This document shows, piece by piece, positions 51,572 through 61,117 of a stretch of 64,000 nucleotides of DNA (positions are counted from its first letter, which is position 1; the number at the start of each line of letters is the position of its first letter). The stretch is from an uncultured Gemmatimonadales bacterium (GTDB lineage: Bacteria > Gemmatimonadota > Gemmatimonadetes > Gemmatimonadales > Gemmatimonadaceae). A program made the translations under genes and the position numbers. Below the pieces are notes generated by a model that worked only from the letters and a program-made list of their open reading frames with translations, was not told the origin of the DNA and did not search any database. The stretch is taken from contig CAWKNZ010000002.1 in the NCBI GenBank assembly GCA_963851265.1, positions 1,280,001 to 1,344,000 of the forward strand, read 5' to 3'.

Positions 51572-52969
51572 ATGACCGCCGTTCCCGCCCTCAACCAGCA
51601 GATCTTCCGACAGTACGACGTCCGCGGCATCGTCGGCCGTGACCTCAGCCCCGAGGTGGCGCGCACGTTAGGCCAGGGCTTCGCCGCCCTGCTCGACGAG
51701 CGCGGCGTGCGCGGTGCCGTCGCGGTCGGGCGCGACAACCGGCCGAGTGGGAACGGGTTGCGGGACGGACTCGTCGACGGCCTCACGTCGTGCGGCGTGG
51801 ACGTGGTCGACGTGGGTGTCGTGCCGACGCCGCTGCTCTACTGGTCGCTGTTCAACGAGCCGGTGGTCGCCGGGATCCAGATCACGGGCTCGCACAACCC
51901 GCCGCAGTACAACGGGTTCAAGCTGTGCATCGGCAAGACCTCGATCCACGGGGACGACATCCAGCACCTGTACGAGCTCGCCGTCACCGGCAAGTTCCCG
52001 ACGGGGCAGGGCAGCGTGCGCACGTCGCAGGTGATCGATCGGTACGTCGACGACATCGTCCGGCGCGTCGGGACGCTCTCGCGACCGCTGAAAGTCGTCG
52101 CCGACTACGGCAACGGTGCCGGCGCGGTTGTCGGACCGCAACTGCTCGAGCGACTCGGCGCGCGGGTGACCCACCTGTTCGCCGAGAGCGACGGCACGTT
52201 CCCGAACCACCACCCCGACCCGACGGTCGTCGAGAACGTGCAGGACCTGATCGCGGCCGTGACGCGCGACGGGGCAGACCTCGGCGTCGCGTTCGACGGC
52301 GACGCCGACCGCATCGGACTCGTCGACGAGCACGGGGCGATCGTCTGGGGCGACCACATCCTCATCCTGTACGCGCGCGACGTGTTCGCACGCACCGGCG
52401 CCGGGCAGTCGATCGTGTTCGACGTGAAGTGTTCGCAGGCGCTTTCCGACGCCGTCCGCGCGGCGGGCGGGGTGCCGGTCATGTGGAAGACCGGGCACTC
52501 GCTGATCAAGGAGAAGATGAAGGCCGAGCACGCCCCGGTCGCAGGCGAGATGAGCGGTCACATGTTCTTCGCGGAAGGATTTTATGGCCACGATGACGCG
52601 CTATACGGCGCCGCGCGGCTCTTGCGGATCGTGGCCGACTCGGGCCAGTCGGTCAGCGGGCTGCTGAGCGACGTGCCGAAATTCGTGTCCACACCCGAAC
52701 TTCGCGTCGATGTCGACGAGGAGAAGAAGTTCGGGATCGTCGACGCGGCGGTGCGCGAGTTCCGCGCGAAGTACGACGTCATCGACGTCGACGGCGTCCG
52801 CGTGCTCTTCGGCGACGGGTGGGGGCTGATTCGCGCGTCCAACACGCAGCCGGTGCTCGTGATGCGCTTCGAGGCGCGCACGGAGGCGCGGCTCGCCGAG
52901 ATCCGCGGCGAGATGGAGAGCTGGCTGCGCTCGCGGGGCATCGATCCGACGCCGGGCGTTGGGCATTGA
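51572..52969 (+). CDS. Phosphomannomutase/phosphoglucomutase
   Basis: IFRQYDVRG, TGSHNPP, FDGDADR, GEMSGH and RASNTQP. Confidence 0.95.
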   Translation: MTAVPALNQQIFRQYDVRGIVGRDLSPEVARTLGQGFAALLDERGVRGAVAVGRDNRPSGNGLRDGLVDGLTSCGVDVVDVGVVPTPLLYWSLFNEPVVAGIQITGSHNPPQYNGFKLCIGKTSIHGDDIQHLYELAVTGKFPTGQGSVRTSQVIDRYVDDIVRRVGTLSRPLKVVADYGNGAGAVVGPQLLERLGARVTHLFAESDGTFPNHHPDPTVVENVQDLIAAVTRDGADLGVAFDGDADRIGLVDEHGAIVWGDHILILYARDVFARTGAGQSIVFDVKCSQALSDAVRAAGGVPVMWKTGHSLIKEKMKAEHAPVAGEMSGHMFFAEGFYGHDDALYGAARLLRIVADSGQSVSGLLSDVPKFVSTPELRVDVDEEKKFGIVDAAVREFRAKYDVIDVDGVRVLFGDGWGLIRASNTQPVLVMRFEARTEARLAEIRGEMESWLRSRGIDPTPGVGH

Positions 52970-52990
52970 ACTGAGCGTCCGTCGACCGGC

Positions 52991-55555
52991 ATGACGCGCG
53001 GCCGCTGGCTCGCGGCGGCGCTCGCCGCGGCGGCCGCGCTCGTGCTCGCGCGCGCGCTCGCCGTGGCGTTCGTCGAGTACCGGTGGTTCGCGGCGTTCGG
53101 GCCGGCGTGGGTCGACGTGTGGCGCGCGCGGGCGGTCGACCTCGCGGTCGTCCGTTCGCTCGCCGCGCTGGTCGCCGGCGTCTTCCTGTACCTGAACCTG
53201 CTCGGCGTCGCGAGCACGATCGACGCGGTGGCCGTGTCGAGGCGGCTCGGCGGGATCGAAATCGCCGAGACGGTGCCCGCCGGGCGACTGCGCGGCGTGT
53301 TCGCGCTCGCGAGCGTCGCGTTCGGCCTCGCGATGGCGCTGCCGATCTCCGACTGGGTCTCGGTCGACGCGCTGCTCACCGGCCGAATCTTCGGCGAGAT
53401 CGAGCCATACACCGGGCGCGACCTCGCGTTCTTCGTGTACTGGCTGCCGTTCGAGAACGGGATGTACGCCTGGTCGCTCGTCGCGGTGGCGTTCGTCACC
53501 GGCGCGGTGGTCGCGCTGTACGCCCTCACCCCCGGTCTGCGTTGGGCGCGCGGCCGGGTTCGCGCGACGGTCCGCGTGCGCCGCCACCTCGCGCTGTTCG
53601 GCGTCGCGACCCTGCTGCTGCTCGCGTGGGGGCACCGCCTCGACGCGTACGCCTTGCTCACCGACGGGTCGGGCGTGAACGGCGCGTTCGCCGGCACCGA
53701 CGAGCTCGCGCTGCTCCCCACGCGCTTCGGCCTCGCGATCGTGTCGGCGCTCGCGGCGGTCGTCGTCCTCCGCGCGGGCTGGGCGGGGCAGGCGCGGCTC
53801 GCGTTCTGGGCCGTCAGCGCCGTCGTCGCGGTCACGATTCTCGGTCGGAGCGTGGCCGGTCCGGTCGGCGCGGCGCTCATCGCGCCGGAGCGCCTCGACC
53901 GCGCGAACAAGGCCGCCGCGGAGAACCGCGCCCTGTACACGCGGCGCGCGTTCGCGTCCAACCAGGTGCGCGACAGCGCGTCGCCGTTAGGCGCTCTTCC
54001 GTCGGCGAGGGACGTCGTCCTGAACGCCGCCGCGTGGGACGCGGGCGCGCTCGCGCGCGCGTCGGCGCTGTCGCCGGACCCGCGCGCGCCGCACACGGTC
54101 GTCGGCTGGCAGCCGTTCGGGGATTCGATCGCGGCAGTCGTGGCCGGGCCGCGCGGCGGCGCCGAGCCGGGCGCGATCGGAGCGCTCACGGCGGGCGCCG
54201 CCGACCGCACCGTGGCTCGCGGTGGCTGGCGCGCGATCGTCGTCGACCCGCGGCTTCCCGGACCGGTAGGGGTCGCGCCGCGTGCGGCACGCGGACCGTC
54301 CGCGCCGGTCGACGTCGCCGGCGTGATCTACCCGGGCGCGGGCGAGGCTGCCGTCGTGCGCGATCCGACGGGCCAGATCGTCGGCGACTCCTTCCGCACG
54401 TGGATCGTTCGACTCGCGGCCGCGCTCGCCGCGCGCGACCTCCGCCTGTTGCGTGCGGACGACACCGAACGCGGCGACGTGCGCCTCGTTCGGTGGCGCG
54501 ATCCGCGCGCCCGCGTGCAGGCGTTACTGCCCTTTTTCGCGGTCGGGCGTGACGCGTCGCCGATCGTCGTCGGCGACAGCCTCTGGTGGGCCGTCCCGGT
54601 GCTCGCGACGACCGCGGAATACCCGCTGTCGGCGCACCTCGGCGCCGACGCCGCCGATGGCGACGACATCGCGAGCTTGCGTCACGCGGGCACGGCCGTC
54701 GTGAACGCGGCCACGGGAAACGTGCGCCTCGTCGCGCCGCCCGAACCCGACGCGGACATCCGCGGCTGGTACGCGCGGTTTCCGCGCATCGCGACACGTG
54801 CCGACGCGCTCGACTCCACGCTTGTGGGCGCACTGCCGGTCCCCTACGAGGCCGCGCTCGCGCAGGCGCGGGTGTATGCGGAGTACGGACCGCGAGGGAC
54901 GCACCCGCTACCAGTACGGCGCGTCCAGCTCGCCGAGCTCGTCGACTCGGCTCCGGCGAGCCCGGCCGGCGCCGCGTTCGTGCTCCGCGTAGGCTCCGGC
55001 CCGCACGTCGTCGCGTCGGCGTTCCCGGTGATCACGGGGACGGACCGGATTGCGGGCGCCGTCGTCGCGAGTGGAGGCCCCGTGCCGCGCACGGCGTTCC
55101 TTGCCGCGCCCGAACCCGGCCCGCGTTGGGCCGACGTGCTCGACTCGACGTCGACGACCGTGGCCGATGGCGGTGGCCCGCGCACGCGCGCGCCGGGCAG
55201 CTTTGACGGCGGCCTGCATGCCGTTCCGAGCGCGGGCGGGCTGATCTTCACGCGTGCACACTACGCCGCCGCGGCGGACACCCGTCCCTCGCTCACCGGC
55301 GTCACCGCCGTCCTGAGCGGTGGCGGCCCAGTCGAACGCGTGCTGCACGGCCCAACGCTCGTGGCGCTCTTCGACACGGCGGGCACGGCGAGTCGCGGCC
55401 CCGTCGCGCTTCCCGGCTCGCTCACCGCCGAGCAGCGCGTTGTGGCGGCGCGGAGTTTCTACGACGATGCGCGGCGCGCGCTCGAGCGCGGCGATTGGGG
55501 CGCGTTCGGCCACGCGCTCGACGCGATCGGCCGGATGTTGGGATCGGCGCCGTAG
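52991..55555 (+). CDS. UPF0182 family membrane protein (divergent)
   Basis: Seven N-terminal TM-like segments, EPYTGRDLAFFVYWLP, YTRRAF and C-terminal ALERGDWGAFG. Confidence 0.75.
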   Translation: MTRGRWLAAALAAAAALVLARALAVAFVEYRWFAAFGPAWVDVWRARAVDLAVVRSLAALVAGVFLYLNLLGVASTIDAVAVSRRLGGIEIAETVPAGRLRGVFALASVAFGLAMALPISDWVSVDALLTGRIFGEIEPYTGRDLAFFVYWLPFENGMYAWSLVAVAFVTGAVVALYALTPGLRWARGRVRATVRVRRHLALFGVATLLLLAWGHRLDAYALLTDGSGVNGAFAGTDELALLPTRFGLAIVSALAAVVVLRAGWAGQARLAFWAVSAVVAVTILGRSVAGPVGAALIAPERLDRANKAAAENRALYTRRAFASNQVRDSASPLGALPSARDVVLNAAAWDAGALARASALSPDPRAPHTVVGWQPFGDSIAAVVAGPRGGAEPGAIGALTAGAADRTVARGGWRAIVVDPRLPGPVGVAPRAARGPSAPVDVAGVIYPGAGEAAVVRDPTGQIVGDSFRTWIVRLAAALAARDLRLLRADDTERGDVRLVRWRDPRARVQALLPFFAVGRDASPIVVGDSLWWAVPVLATTAEYPLSAHLGADAADGDDIASLRHAGTAVVNAATGNVRLVAPPEPDADIRGWYARFPRIATRADALDSTLVGALPVPYEAALAQARVYAEYGPRGTHPLPVRRVQLAELVDSAPASPAGAAFVLRVGSGPHVVASAFPVITGTDRIAGAVVASGGPVPRTAFLAAPEPGPRWADVLDSTSTTVADGGGPRTRAPGSFDGGLHAVPSAGGLIFTRAHYAAAADTRPSLTGVTAVLSGGGPVERVLHGPTLVALFDTAGTASRGPVALPGSLTAEQRVVAARSFYDDARRALERGDWGAFGHALDAIGRMLGSAP

Positions 55556-55717
55556 CGACGACGCGTCGCGCGGGCCGGTCGCCTTGCTCGGCTGTGTTCG
55601 CAGGGGTAACCTTGGCCATCTTTGCGCGCCGCTGCTGCGGCGCGACCGATACGGCGCTCCGACGGGGCGCCGCGCGCGATCGACGCGTGCGGCGCCCCTC
55701 ACCCATCGAACGCTTCT

Positions 55718-56884
55718 GTGAATATTCACGAATATCAGGCGAAGGACGTGCTTCGCCGCTACGGCGTGCCGATCCCGCCCGGCGAGGTCGCGACCACTCC
55801 CGACGAAGCCGAGGCCATCGCGCGGCGCATCGCCAAGGCGGTCATGGTCAAGGCGCAGGTGCACGCGGGCGGACGCGGGAAGGCCGGCGGTGTGAAGTAC
55901 TGTCCCACGCCTGAGGCCGCGCGCGAGAAGGCGCAGGCGATCCTCGGAATGGACATCAAGGGGCTGACGGTCGAGAAGGTGCTCGTGACCGAAGCGGCCG
56001 ACATCGGGACCGAGGCGTACGTCGGCATCATCGTCGACCGCGCGTCCAAGAAGCCGGTGTTCATGGTGAGCGCCGCCGGCGGCATCGACATCGAGGAGGT
56101 CGCGGCGACGACGCCCGAAAAGATCAAGTACCACCCGGTCGACGCCGTCTTCGGGCTGCAGCCGTTCGAGGCGCAGCAGCTCGGATTCTTTCTGTACAGC
56201 GACGCGAAGCAGGCGCGCGCGGCTGCGAAGATCATGCAGGCGCTCTACCGCGCGTTCATCGAGAACGGGTGCTCGCTCGCCGAGATCAACCCCCTCGTGG
56301 TCACGCCCGCGGGCGAGGTGATCGCGGTCGACGCGAAGATGGTGATCGACGACAACGAGCTGGAGCGGCGGAGCGATCTCGAAGCGTTGCGCGACGAGAG
56401 CTCGGAGGCGCCGAGCGAGGTCGCCGCGCGGAAGGCGAACCTCACCTTCATCAAGCTCGACGGCAACGTCGGCTGCGTCGTCAACGGCGCCGGACTCGCG
56501 ATGGCGACGATGGACCTGGTGAAGTATTACGGCGGCGAGCCGGCGAACTTCCTCGACATCGGCGGCTCGTCCAACCCGGAGAAGGTCGTCAACGCGCTCC
56601 GCATCATCACGGCCGACGAGAACGTGAAGGCCATCCTGTTCAACATCTTCGGCGGCATCACCCGCACCGACGACGTCGCGAACGGCATCGTGACCGCGAC
56701 CAAGCAGAACCCCCTCAAGGTGCCGATCGTGATCCGCCTCACCGGCACGAACGACGCGATCGCGATCAAGATCCTCGAGGCGAACGGCTTCGCCGCGATG
56801 ACCGACATGGATACGGCCGTGCAGAAGGCCGTGGAGCTCGCGACCGGAACCGCGTCGAATACGGCGGCGGGGGCGGCCCAGTGA
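55718..56884 (+). CDS. sucC: Succinyl-CoA synthetase beta subunit
   Basis: [19 protein letters not shown] and [11 protein letters not shown]. Confidence 0.97.
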   Translation: MNIHEYQAKDVLRRYGVPIPPGEVATTPDEAEAIARRIAKAVMVKAQVHAGGRGKAGGVKYCPTPEAAREKAQAILGMDIKGLTVEKVLVTEAADIGTEAYVGIIVDRASKKPVFMVSAAGGIDIEEVAATTPEKIKYHPVDAVFGLQPFEAQQLGFFLYSDAKQARAAAKIMQALYRAFIENGCSLAEINPLVVTPAGEVIAVDAKMVIDDNELERRSDLEALRDESSEAPSEVAARKANLTFIKLDGNVGCVVNGAGLAMATMDLVKYYGGEPANFLDIGGSSNPEKVVNALRIITADENVKAILFNIFGGITRTDDVANGIVTATKQNPLKVPIVIRLTGTNDAIAIKILEANGFAAMTDMDTAVQKAVELATGTASNTAAGAAQ

Positions 56885-57753
56885 GCGTCTTCGTCGATCG
56901 GAACACGCGCCTCGTCATCCAGGGCATCACGGGCCGTGACGGCTCGTTCCACGCCCGCCAGATGATCGAGTACGGCACGAACGTCGTGGCCGGCGTGACG
57001 CCCGGAAAGGGCGGACAGCGGTTCGAGAACAAGGTCCCGGTCTTCAACACGGTCGAGGACGCCGTACGCGAGACGGGCGCGAACACCAGCGTGATCTACG
57101 TGCCGCCGCCGTTCGCCGCGGATGCGATGATGGAGGCGGCCTCCGCCGGTGTGAAGCTCGTCGTCTGCATCACCGAGGGCGTGCCGGTCGTCGACATGCT
57201 GCGCGTGCGGCCGTACGTGATCGCGCAGGGCGCGCGTTTGGTGGGACCGAACTGCCCGGGGCTGATCACGCCGGGCGAGGCGAAGGTCGGCATCATCCCG
57301 GGCAACATCTGCACGCCCGGTAACGTGGGCGTGGTGAGCCGATCCGGCACGCTCACCTACGAGGTCGTGTACCACCTCACGCGCGCCGGGCTCGGCCAGA
57401 GCACGTGCGTCGGCATCGGCGGCGACCCGATCAACGGGACCGGATTCATCGACGCCCTGCAGGCGTTCGAGAACGATCCCGCCACCAAGGTCGTCGCGAT
57501 GATGGGCGAGATCGGCGGTACGGACGAGCAGGACGCGGCCACCTTCATCGCGGAGCACATGCGGAAGCCGGTCGTCGGGTTCATCGCGGGGCAGACCGCG
57601 CCGCCGGGCCGCCGGATGGGGCACGCCGGCGCGATCATCTCGGGGTCTTCGGGCACCGCGGCGGAGAAGATCGAGGCGTTCACGGCCGCGGGCATGGGCG
57701 TCGCGCGGCGGCCGATCGACTTCGTCGACCTCGTACGCGAGCGGATGGCCTAA
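56881..57753 (+). CDS. sucD: Succinyl-CoA synthetase alpha subunit
   Basis: [20 protein letters not shown] and RMGHAGA. Confidence 0.97.
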   Translation: MSVFVDRNTRLVIQGITGRDGSFHARQMIEYGTNVVAGVTPGKGGQRFENKVPVFNTVEDAVRETGANTSVIYVPPPFAADAMMEAASAGVKLVVCITEGVPVVDMLRVRPYVIAQGARLVGPNCPGLITPGEAKVGIIPGNICTPGNVGVVSRSGTLTYEVVYHLTRAGLGQSTCVGIGGDPINGTGFIDALQAFENDPATKVVAMMGEIGGTDEQDAATFIAEHMRKPVVGFIAGQTAPPGRRMGHAGAIISGSSGTAAEKIEAFTAAGMGVARRPIDFVDLVRERMA

Positions 57754-57758
57754 CGCGT

Positions 57759-57799
57759 CGGCGGCGGGCGCGCGGGGCTGCCCCGCGCGCCCGCCGCCG
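57759..57799. repeat. Perfect 19-bp all-GC inverted repeat between sucD and the CBS gene
   Basis: CGGCGGCGGGCGCGCGGGG-ctg-CCCCGCGCGCCCGCCGCCG. Confidence 0.8.
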
Positions 57800-57815
57800 C
57801 GTCCGGCCCCGACCG

Positions 57816-58706
57816 ATGCAGCTCAGCGATTACGTCAGGGCCGACCGCGTCGTGCTGCCCCTCGCGGGCGCGACGCTCGACGAGGCGGGGCGCGTGCTCC
57901 TGCAGCGCCTCGTCGACACGGGCGCGGTCGCGCACCCGGAGCGGCTCTGGGCCCGCGTGGATGAGCGGCGCCCCGAAGACCTCGTCGCGATGAGCGATCA
58001 CGCGTTCCTGCTGCATTATCGGAGCGATGCGGTGCAGGACTTGAGCGTCGCGATCGGCACGTCGCGCGCGCCGGTGTCGCGCGAGCTCGGCGACAGCGAG
58101 GAGCGGCAGGAGGCGCGCATCGTCCTGCTCGTCGCGGCGCCGCCGAAGCAGGCCGGCCGTTACCTGCAGGTCGTCGGCGCGTTCGCGCGGCTGCTCTCGC
58201 GCGACGACGTCATCGACGCCGTGCTCCGCGCGCCCGACGCGGCCGCCGTGGCGAACCTCGGCGCGTTCAGAGACGTCTCGCTCCGCGACCAGCTGACCGT
58301 GCGCGACCTGATGACCGAACGTCCGCGCTCGGTCGCGCCCGAGATGCCGCTGCGGGACGCGGCGCTCGCGATGACGCGTGCGGGCGTGGCGGGGCTCCCG
58401 GTGGTCGAGAGCGACGGCCGCGTGATCGGGATGCTCGGCCAGCGAGAGCTGCTCCAGCACCTCCTGACCGAATACCTTGACCGCGCCGGCGCGCACCGCA
58501 CCGTCGCACCAGGCGACCAGCGGTCGCGCGCGGTGCGCGACGTGATGACGCGCCAGGTACTCTGCGTGTCGCCCGACCAGCCGCTCGCGGAGGTCGCGGC
58601 GATGATGACCAACAAAGACGTCGATCGGGTGCCGGTCGTGCGCGAGGGGAGGCTGGTGGGCTTCCTCACGCGAGGCGACATCGTGCGCAAGCTGATCGGC
58701 TCATAA
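57816..58706 (+). CDS. PTS EIIA-like domain fused to a CBS pair
   Basis: N-terminal EIIA-like fold (RIVLLVAAP...YLQVVGAFARLL) and C-terminal CBS repeats (TVRDLMT, LPVV..GRVIG, VRDVMT, PVVREGRLVGFLTRGDI). Confidence 0.78.
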   Translation: MQLSDYVRADRVVLPLAGATLDEAGRVLLQRLVDTGAVAHPERLWARVDERRPEDLVAMSDHAFLLHYRSDAVQDLSVAIGTSRAPVSRELGDSEERQEARIVLLVAAPPKQAGRYLQVVGAFARLLSRDDVIDAVLRAPDAAAVANLGAFRDVSLRDQLTVRDLMTERPRSVAPEMPLRDAALAMTRAGVAGLPVVESDGRVIGMLGQRELLQHLLTEYLDRAGAHRTVAPGDQRSRAVRDVMTRQVLCVSPDQPLAEVAAMMTNKDVDRVPVVREGRLVGFLTRGDIVRKLIGS

Positions 58707-58718
58707 CAGACGACTGCC

Positions 58719-59144
58719 ATGTCCAACCGCACGCTCGCCATCATCAAGCCCGACGCGTTCAACGCCGCGAAGGCCGGGAAGGTCCTCGCCCTGCTCGAGG
58801 AGAAAGGGTTCGTCCTGCGCGCGGCGCGCGTGCTGCAACTCACGGCGGCACAGGCGGGTGAGTTCTACGCCGTGCACAAGGGCCGCGGCTTCTACGACGA
58901 GCTCGTCGCCTTCATGACGTCGGCGCCGTGCATGCCGATCGTGCTGGAACGGGACGGCGCCGTGCTCGCGCTGCGCGACGCGATCGGCGCGACGGACCCG
59001 GCGGATGCCGCCGAGGGGACCGTTCGCAAGCTGTACGCGGAGAGCAAGGGGCGGAACGCGATCCACGCGTCGGATTCGGACGAGAACGCGGCGCGCGAGA
59101 TCGGGTTCTTCTTCGCCGAATCGGATCTCGCCGGCGCCGCGTGA
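58719..59144 (+). CDS. ndk: Nucleoside-diphosphate kinase
   Basis: RTLAIIKPDA, GATDP and NAIHASDS. Confidence 0.97.
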   Translation: MSNRTLAIIKPDAFNAAKAGKVLALLEEKGFVLRAARVLQLTAAQAGEFYAVHKGRGFYDELVAFMTSAPCMPIVLERDGAVLALRDAIGATDPADAAEGTVRKLYAESKGRNAIHASDSDENAAREIGFFFAESDLAGAA

Positions 59145-59185
59145 CACGCGAGTCCGAGTCGCGTAAGTCACACTCGGGCTTGCAC

Positions 59186-59214
59186 TTGAAAACATCGTCA
59201 GGGCGCTCTAGGTT
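59186..59214 (+). promoter_or_regulatory. Sigma70-type promoter of the yceD-rpmF-plsX-fab operon
   Basis: TTGAAA-17 nt-TAGGTT, 8 nt before the ATG at 59223. Confidence 0.7.
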
Positions 59215-59222
59215 GAGTGACT

Positions 59223-59741
59223 ATGCTGTCCTTCGACCTTCGTGCCCTGGAGGTTCGGGCCGCCGTGGTCGACGGCGTGCTCGAGCCGTCGGATTCCATT
59301 TGGGATGCTGACGATCCGCGCCCGCTCGAGCCGCTCCGAGTGACCGGTCGGCTGTCGAGCGCGGGCGCCGGGCACTTCTACTTCCGCGGGACCGTGCAGG
59401 GTGTCGCGGGCGGCGAGTGCCGCCGGTGTCTCACCGACGTCACGACGCCGGTCGCGCTCGACACGCACCTCGTGTTCGTCGCATCGGACGAGGAAGGGGC
59501 GGACGAGGAGTCGGACGCCTACCTGTTCGACCCGGCCGACGGCGAGCTCGACCTACGGGCGGCGCTGCGGGAGGAGTGGTTGCTCCACGCGCCCGCGTTC
59601 CCGCTCTGCCGCGAGGATTGCCGCGGGCTGTGTCCCTCGTGCGGCGCGGACCGCAACCTCGCAGCCGACGCTGGGGGGTGCGGGTGTCAGCCGGCGGCCG
59701 ATCCGCGATGGGCCGCGCTCCGCACGGCGGCCGGCGAGTAG
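59223..59741 (+). CDS. yceD: DUF177/YceD family protein
   Basis: ECRRCL, LCREDCRGLCPSCG and DPRWAAL. Precedes rpmF. Confidence 0.92.
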   Translation: MLSFDLRALEVRAAVVDGVLEPSDSIWDADDPRPLEPLRVTGRLSSAGAGHFYFRGTVQGVAGGECRRCLTDVTTPVALDTHLVFVASDEEGADEESDAYLFDPADGELDLRAALREEWLLHAPAFPLCREDCRGLCPSCGADRNLAADAGGCGCQPAADPRWAALRTAAGE

Positions 59742-59814
59742 CCGATCCGTCCGACTGAACTGCTGGTCCCGGGCCGGTCCGCGACCTGCCTTCACCAATA
59801 TCACCGACCGACCC

Positions 59815-60000
59815 ATGGCCGTCCCGAAGCGCCGTACCTCGAAGCGTAAGAAGCGTGCGCGCAACACGCACAAGACTGCGCCCGCCATTGCCATCCAGGC
59901 GTGCCCGCAGTGCCGCAGCATGAAGCGCCCGCACCGCGTGTGTGGCGAGTGCGGCTACTACGACGGCGAGCTCCGGATCGAGACGCAGCAGGACGCCTGA
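59815..60000 (+). CDS. rpmF: 50S ribosomal protein L32 (zinc-ribbon form)
   Basis: MAVPKRRTSKRKKRARNTH...CPQC...HRVCGECGYY. Confidence 0.97.
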   Translation: MAVPKRRTSKRKKRARNTHKTAPAIAIQACPQCRSMKRPHRVCGECGYYDGELRIETQQDA

Positions 60001-60001
60001 G

Positions 60002-61033
60002 TTGGCGCGCGTCGCGGTGGACGCGATGGGGGGCGACTTCGCTCCCCGCGCCCCGGTCGCGGGCGCACTGCTTGCCCTGGCCGAGCTGTCGGCCGACCAC
60101 ACGATCCAACTCGTGGGGCAGACGGAGGTCGTCCGCTCGGCGCTCGACGAATTGCTCGCCGGCGAGTACGCGCGGCTCGCGGCGCATCGCGCGCGCGTGA
60201 GCATCGTAGAGGCGCCCGATGTGGTCACGATGTCGGACAAGCCGACGTCAGTGATCCGCGGGAAGCGCGAAAGCAGCATGGTCGTCGGACTGCGCCGCCA
60301 GGCCGAGGGCCACGCAGACGCATTCGTGTCGGCGGGCAACACGGGTGCGCAGATGGCCGCGTCGTGGTTCATCCTCAAGCTGCACGAGGGCGTGACGCGC
60401 CCGGCGATCGGCACGATCCTGCCGACGACGAACAAACCGCTCGTGATGCTCGACTCCGGCGCGAACGTCGACTGCTCGGCCGAAGAACTGGTCCAGTTCG
60501 CTCGGCTCGGCGCCGTGTACGCCGAGGACGTGCTCGGCCGCCCGGAGCCGACGGTCGGCCTGCTTTCGATCGGCGAGGAGCCGGAGAAGGGCAACGCCGT
60601 CGTGATCGAGGCGCACCAGGCCCTGCGCGCGACGTCGGAGTTCACGTTCCTGGGGAACGTCGAGGGGCGCGACATCCCGACGGGCACCTGCGACCGCGGC
60701 CAAATCGACGTCGTCGTGTGTGACGGCTTCGTCGGCAACGTCGTGCTCAAGTTCTACGAGGCGCTCGCGCCGACGCTCATGGGCGTCTTCGCGCGGGCGT
60801 TAGGCGCGGAGCGAGAGACGCTGGCGCAGGCGTTCAAGCAGCTGGACTACTCGGAGTACGGCGGCGCGCCGCTGCTCGGTGTCAAGGGCGTGAGCATCAT
60901 CTCGCACGGCAAGAGTTCGCCGCGCGCGATCATGAACGCGGTCAAGGTCGCCGTGCAGATGGTCGACGCGCACATGAGCGAGCACGTCGGCAAGCGCCTG
61001 GCCGAGGCCACCGCGGTCCGCGAGCCGACGTAG
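60002..61033 (+). CDS. plsX: Phosphate acyltransferase PlsX
   Basis: VAVDAMGGDFAP, SAGNTGA, DSGAN and CDGFVGN. TTG start. Confidence 0.96.
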   Translation: MARVAVDAMGGDFAPRAPVAGALLALAELSADHTIQLVGQTEVVRSALDELLAGEYARLAAHRARVSIVEAPDVVTMSDKPTSVIRGKRESSMVVGLRRQAEGHADAFVSAGNTGAQMAASWFILKLHEGVTRPAIGTILPTTNKPLVMLDSGANVDCSAEELVQFARLGAVYAEDVLGRPEPTVGLLSIGEEPEKGNAVVIEAHQALRATSEFTFLGNVEGRDIPTGTCDRGQIDVVVCDGFVGNVVLKFYEALAPTLMGVFARALGAERETLAQAFKQLDYSEYGGAPLLGVKGVSIISHGKSSPRAIMNAVKVAVQMVDAHMSEHVGKRLAEATAVREPT

Positions 61034-61117
61034 CGCGCGCCCCGCCCGCTCGACCTCGGGGGCGCGCCGGCCGACGCCGCGCGCCCCCGCCCTTCTTCCC
61101 CTCGCCCGTCCGCCTCA

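Noticed and set aside
50021..52969. Apparent N-terminal extensions or fusions in the ORF track (e.g. 982-aa PMM/PGM, 811-aa NuoN, 620-aa FabD, 508-aa CarA)
   Set aside because: The extensions overlap upstream genes in other frames and are Arg-rich nonsense. True starts were placed at coupled or downstream start codons.
55716..55731. Palindrome TGTGAATATTCACG over the sucC start, resembling the Rex site
   Set aside because: The half-site spacer is 2 nt rather than 4, and the sequence is explained by the conserved SucC N-terminus (M)NIHE.
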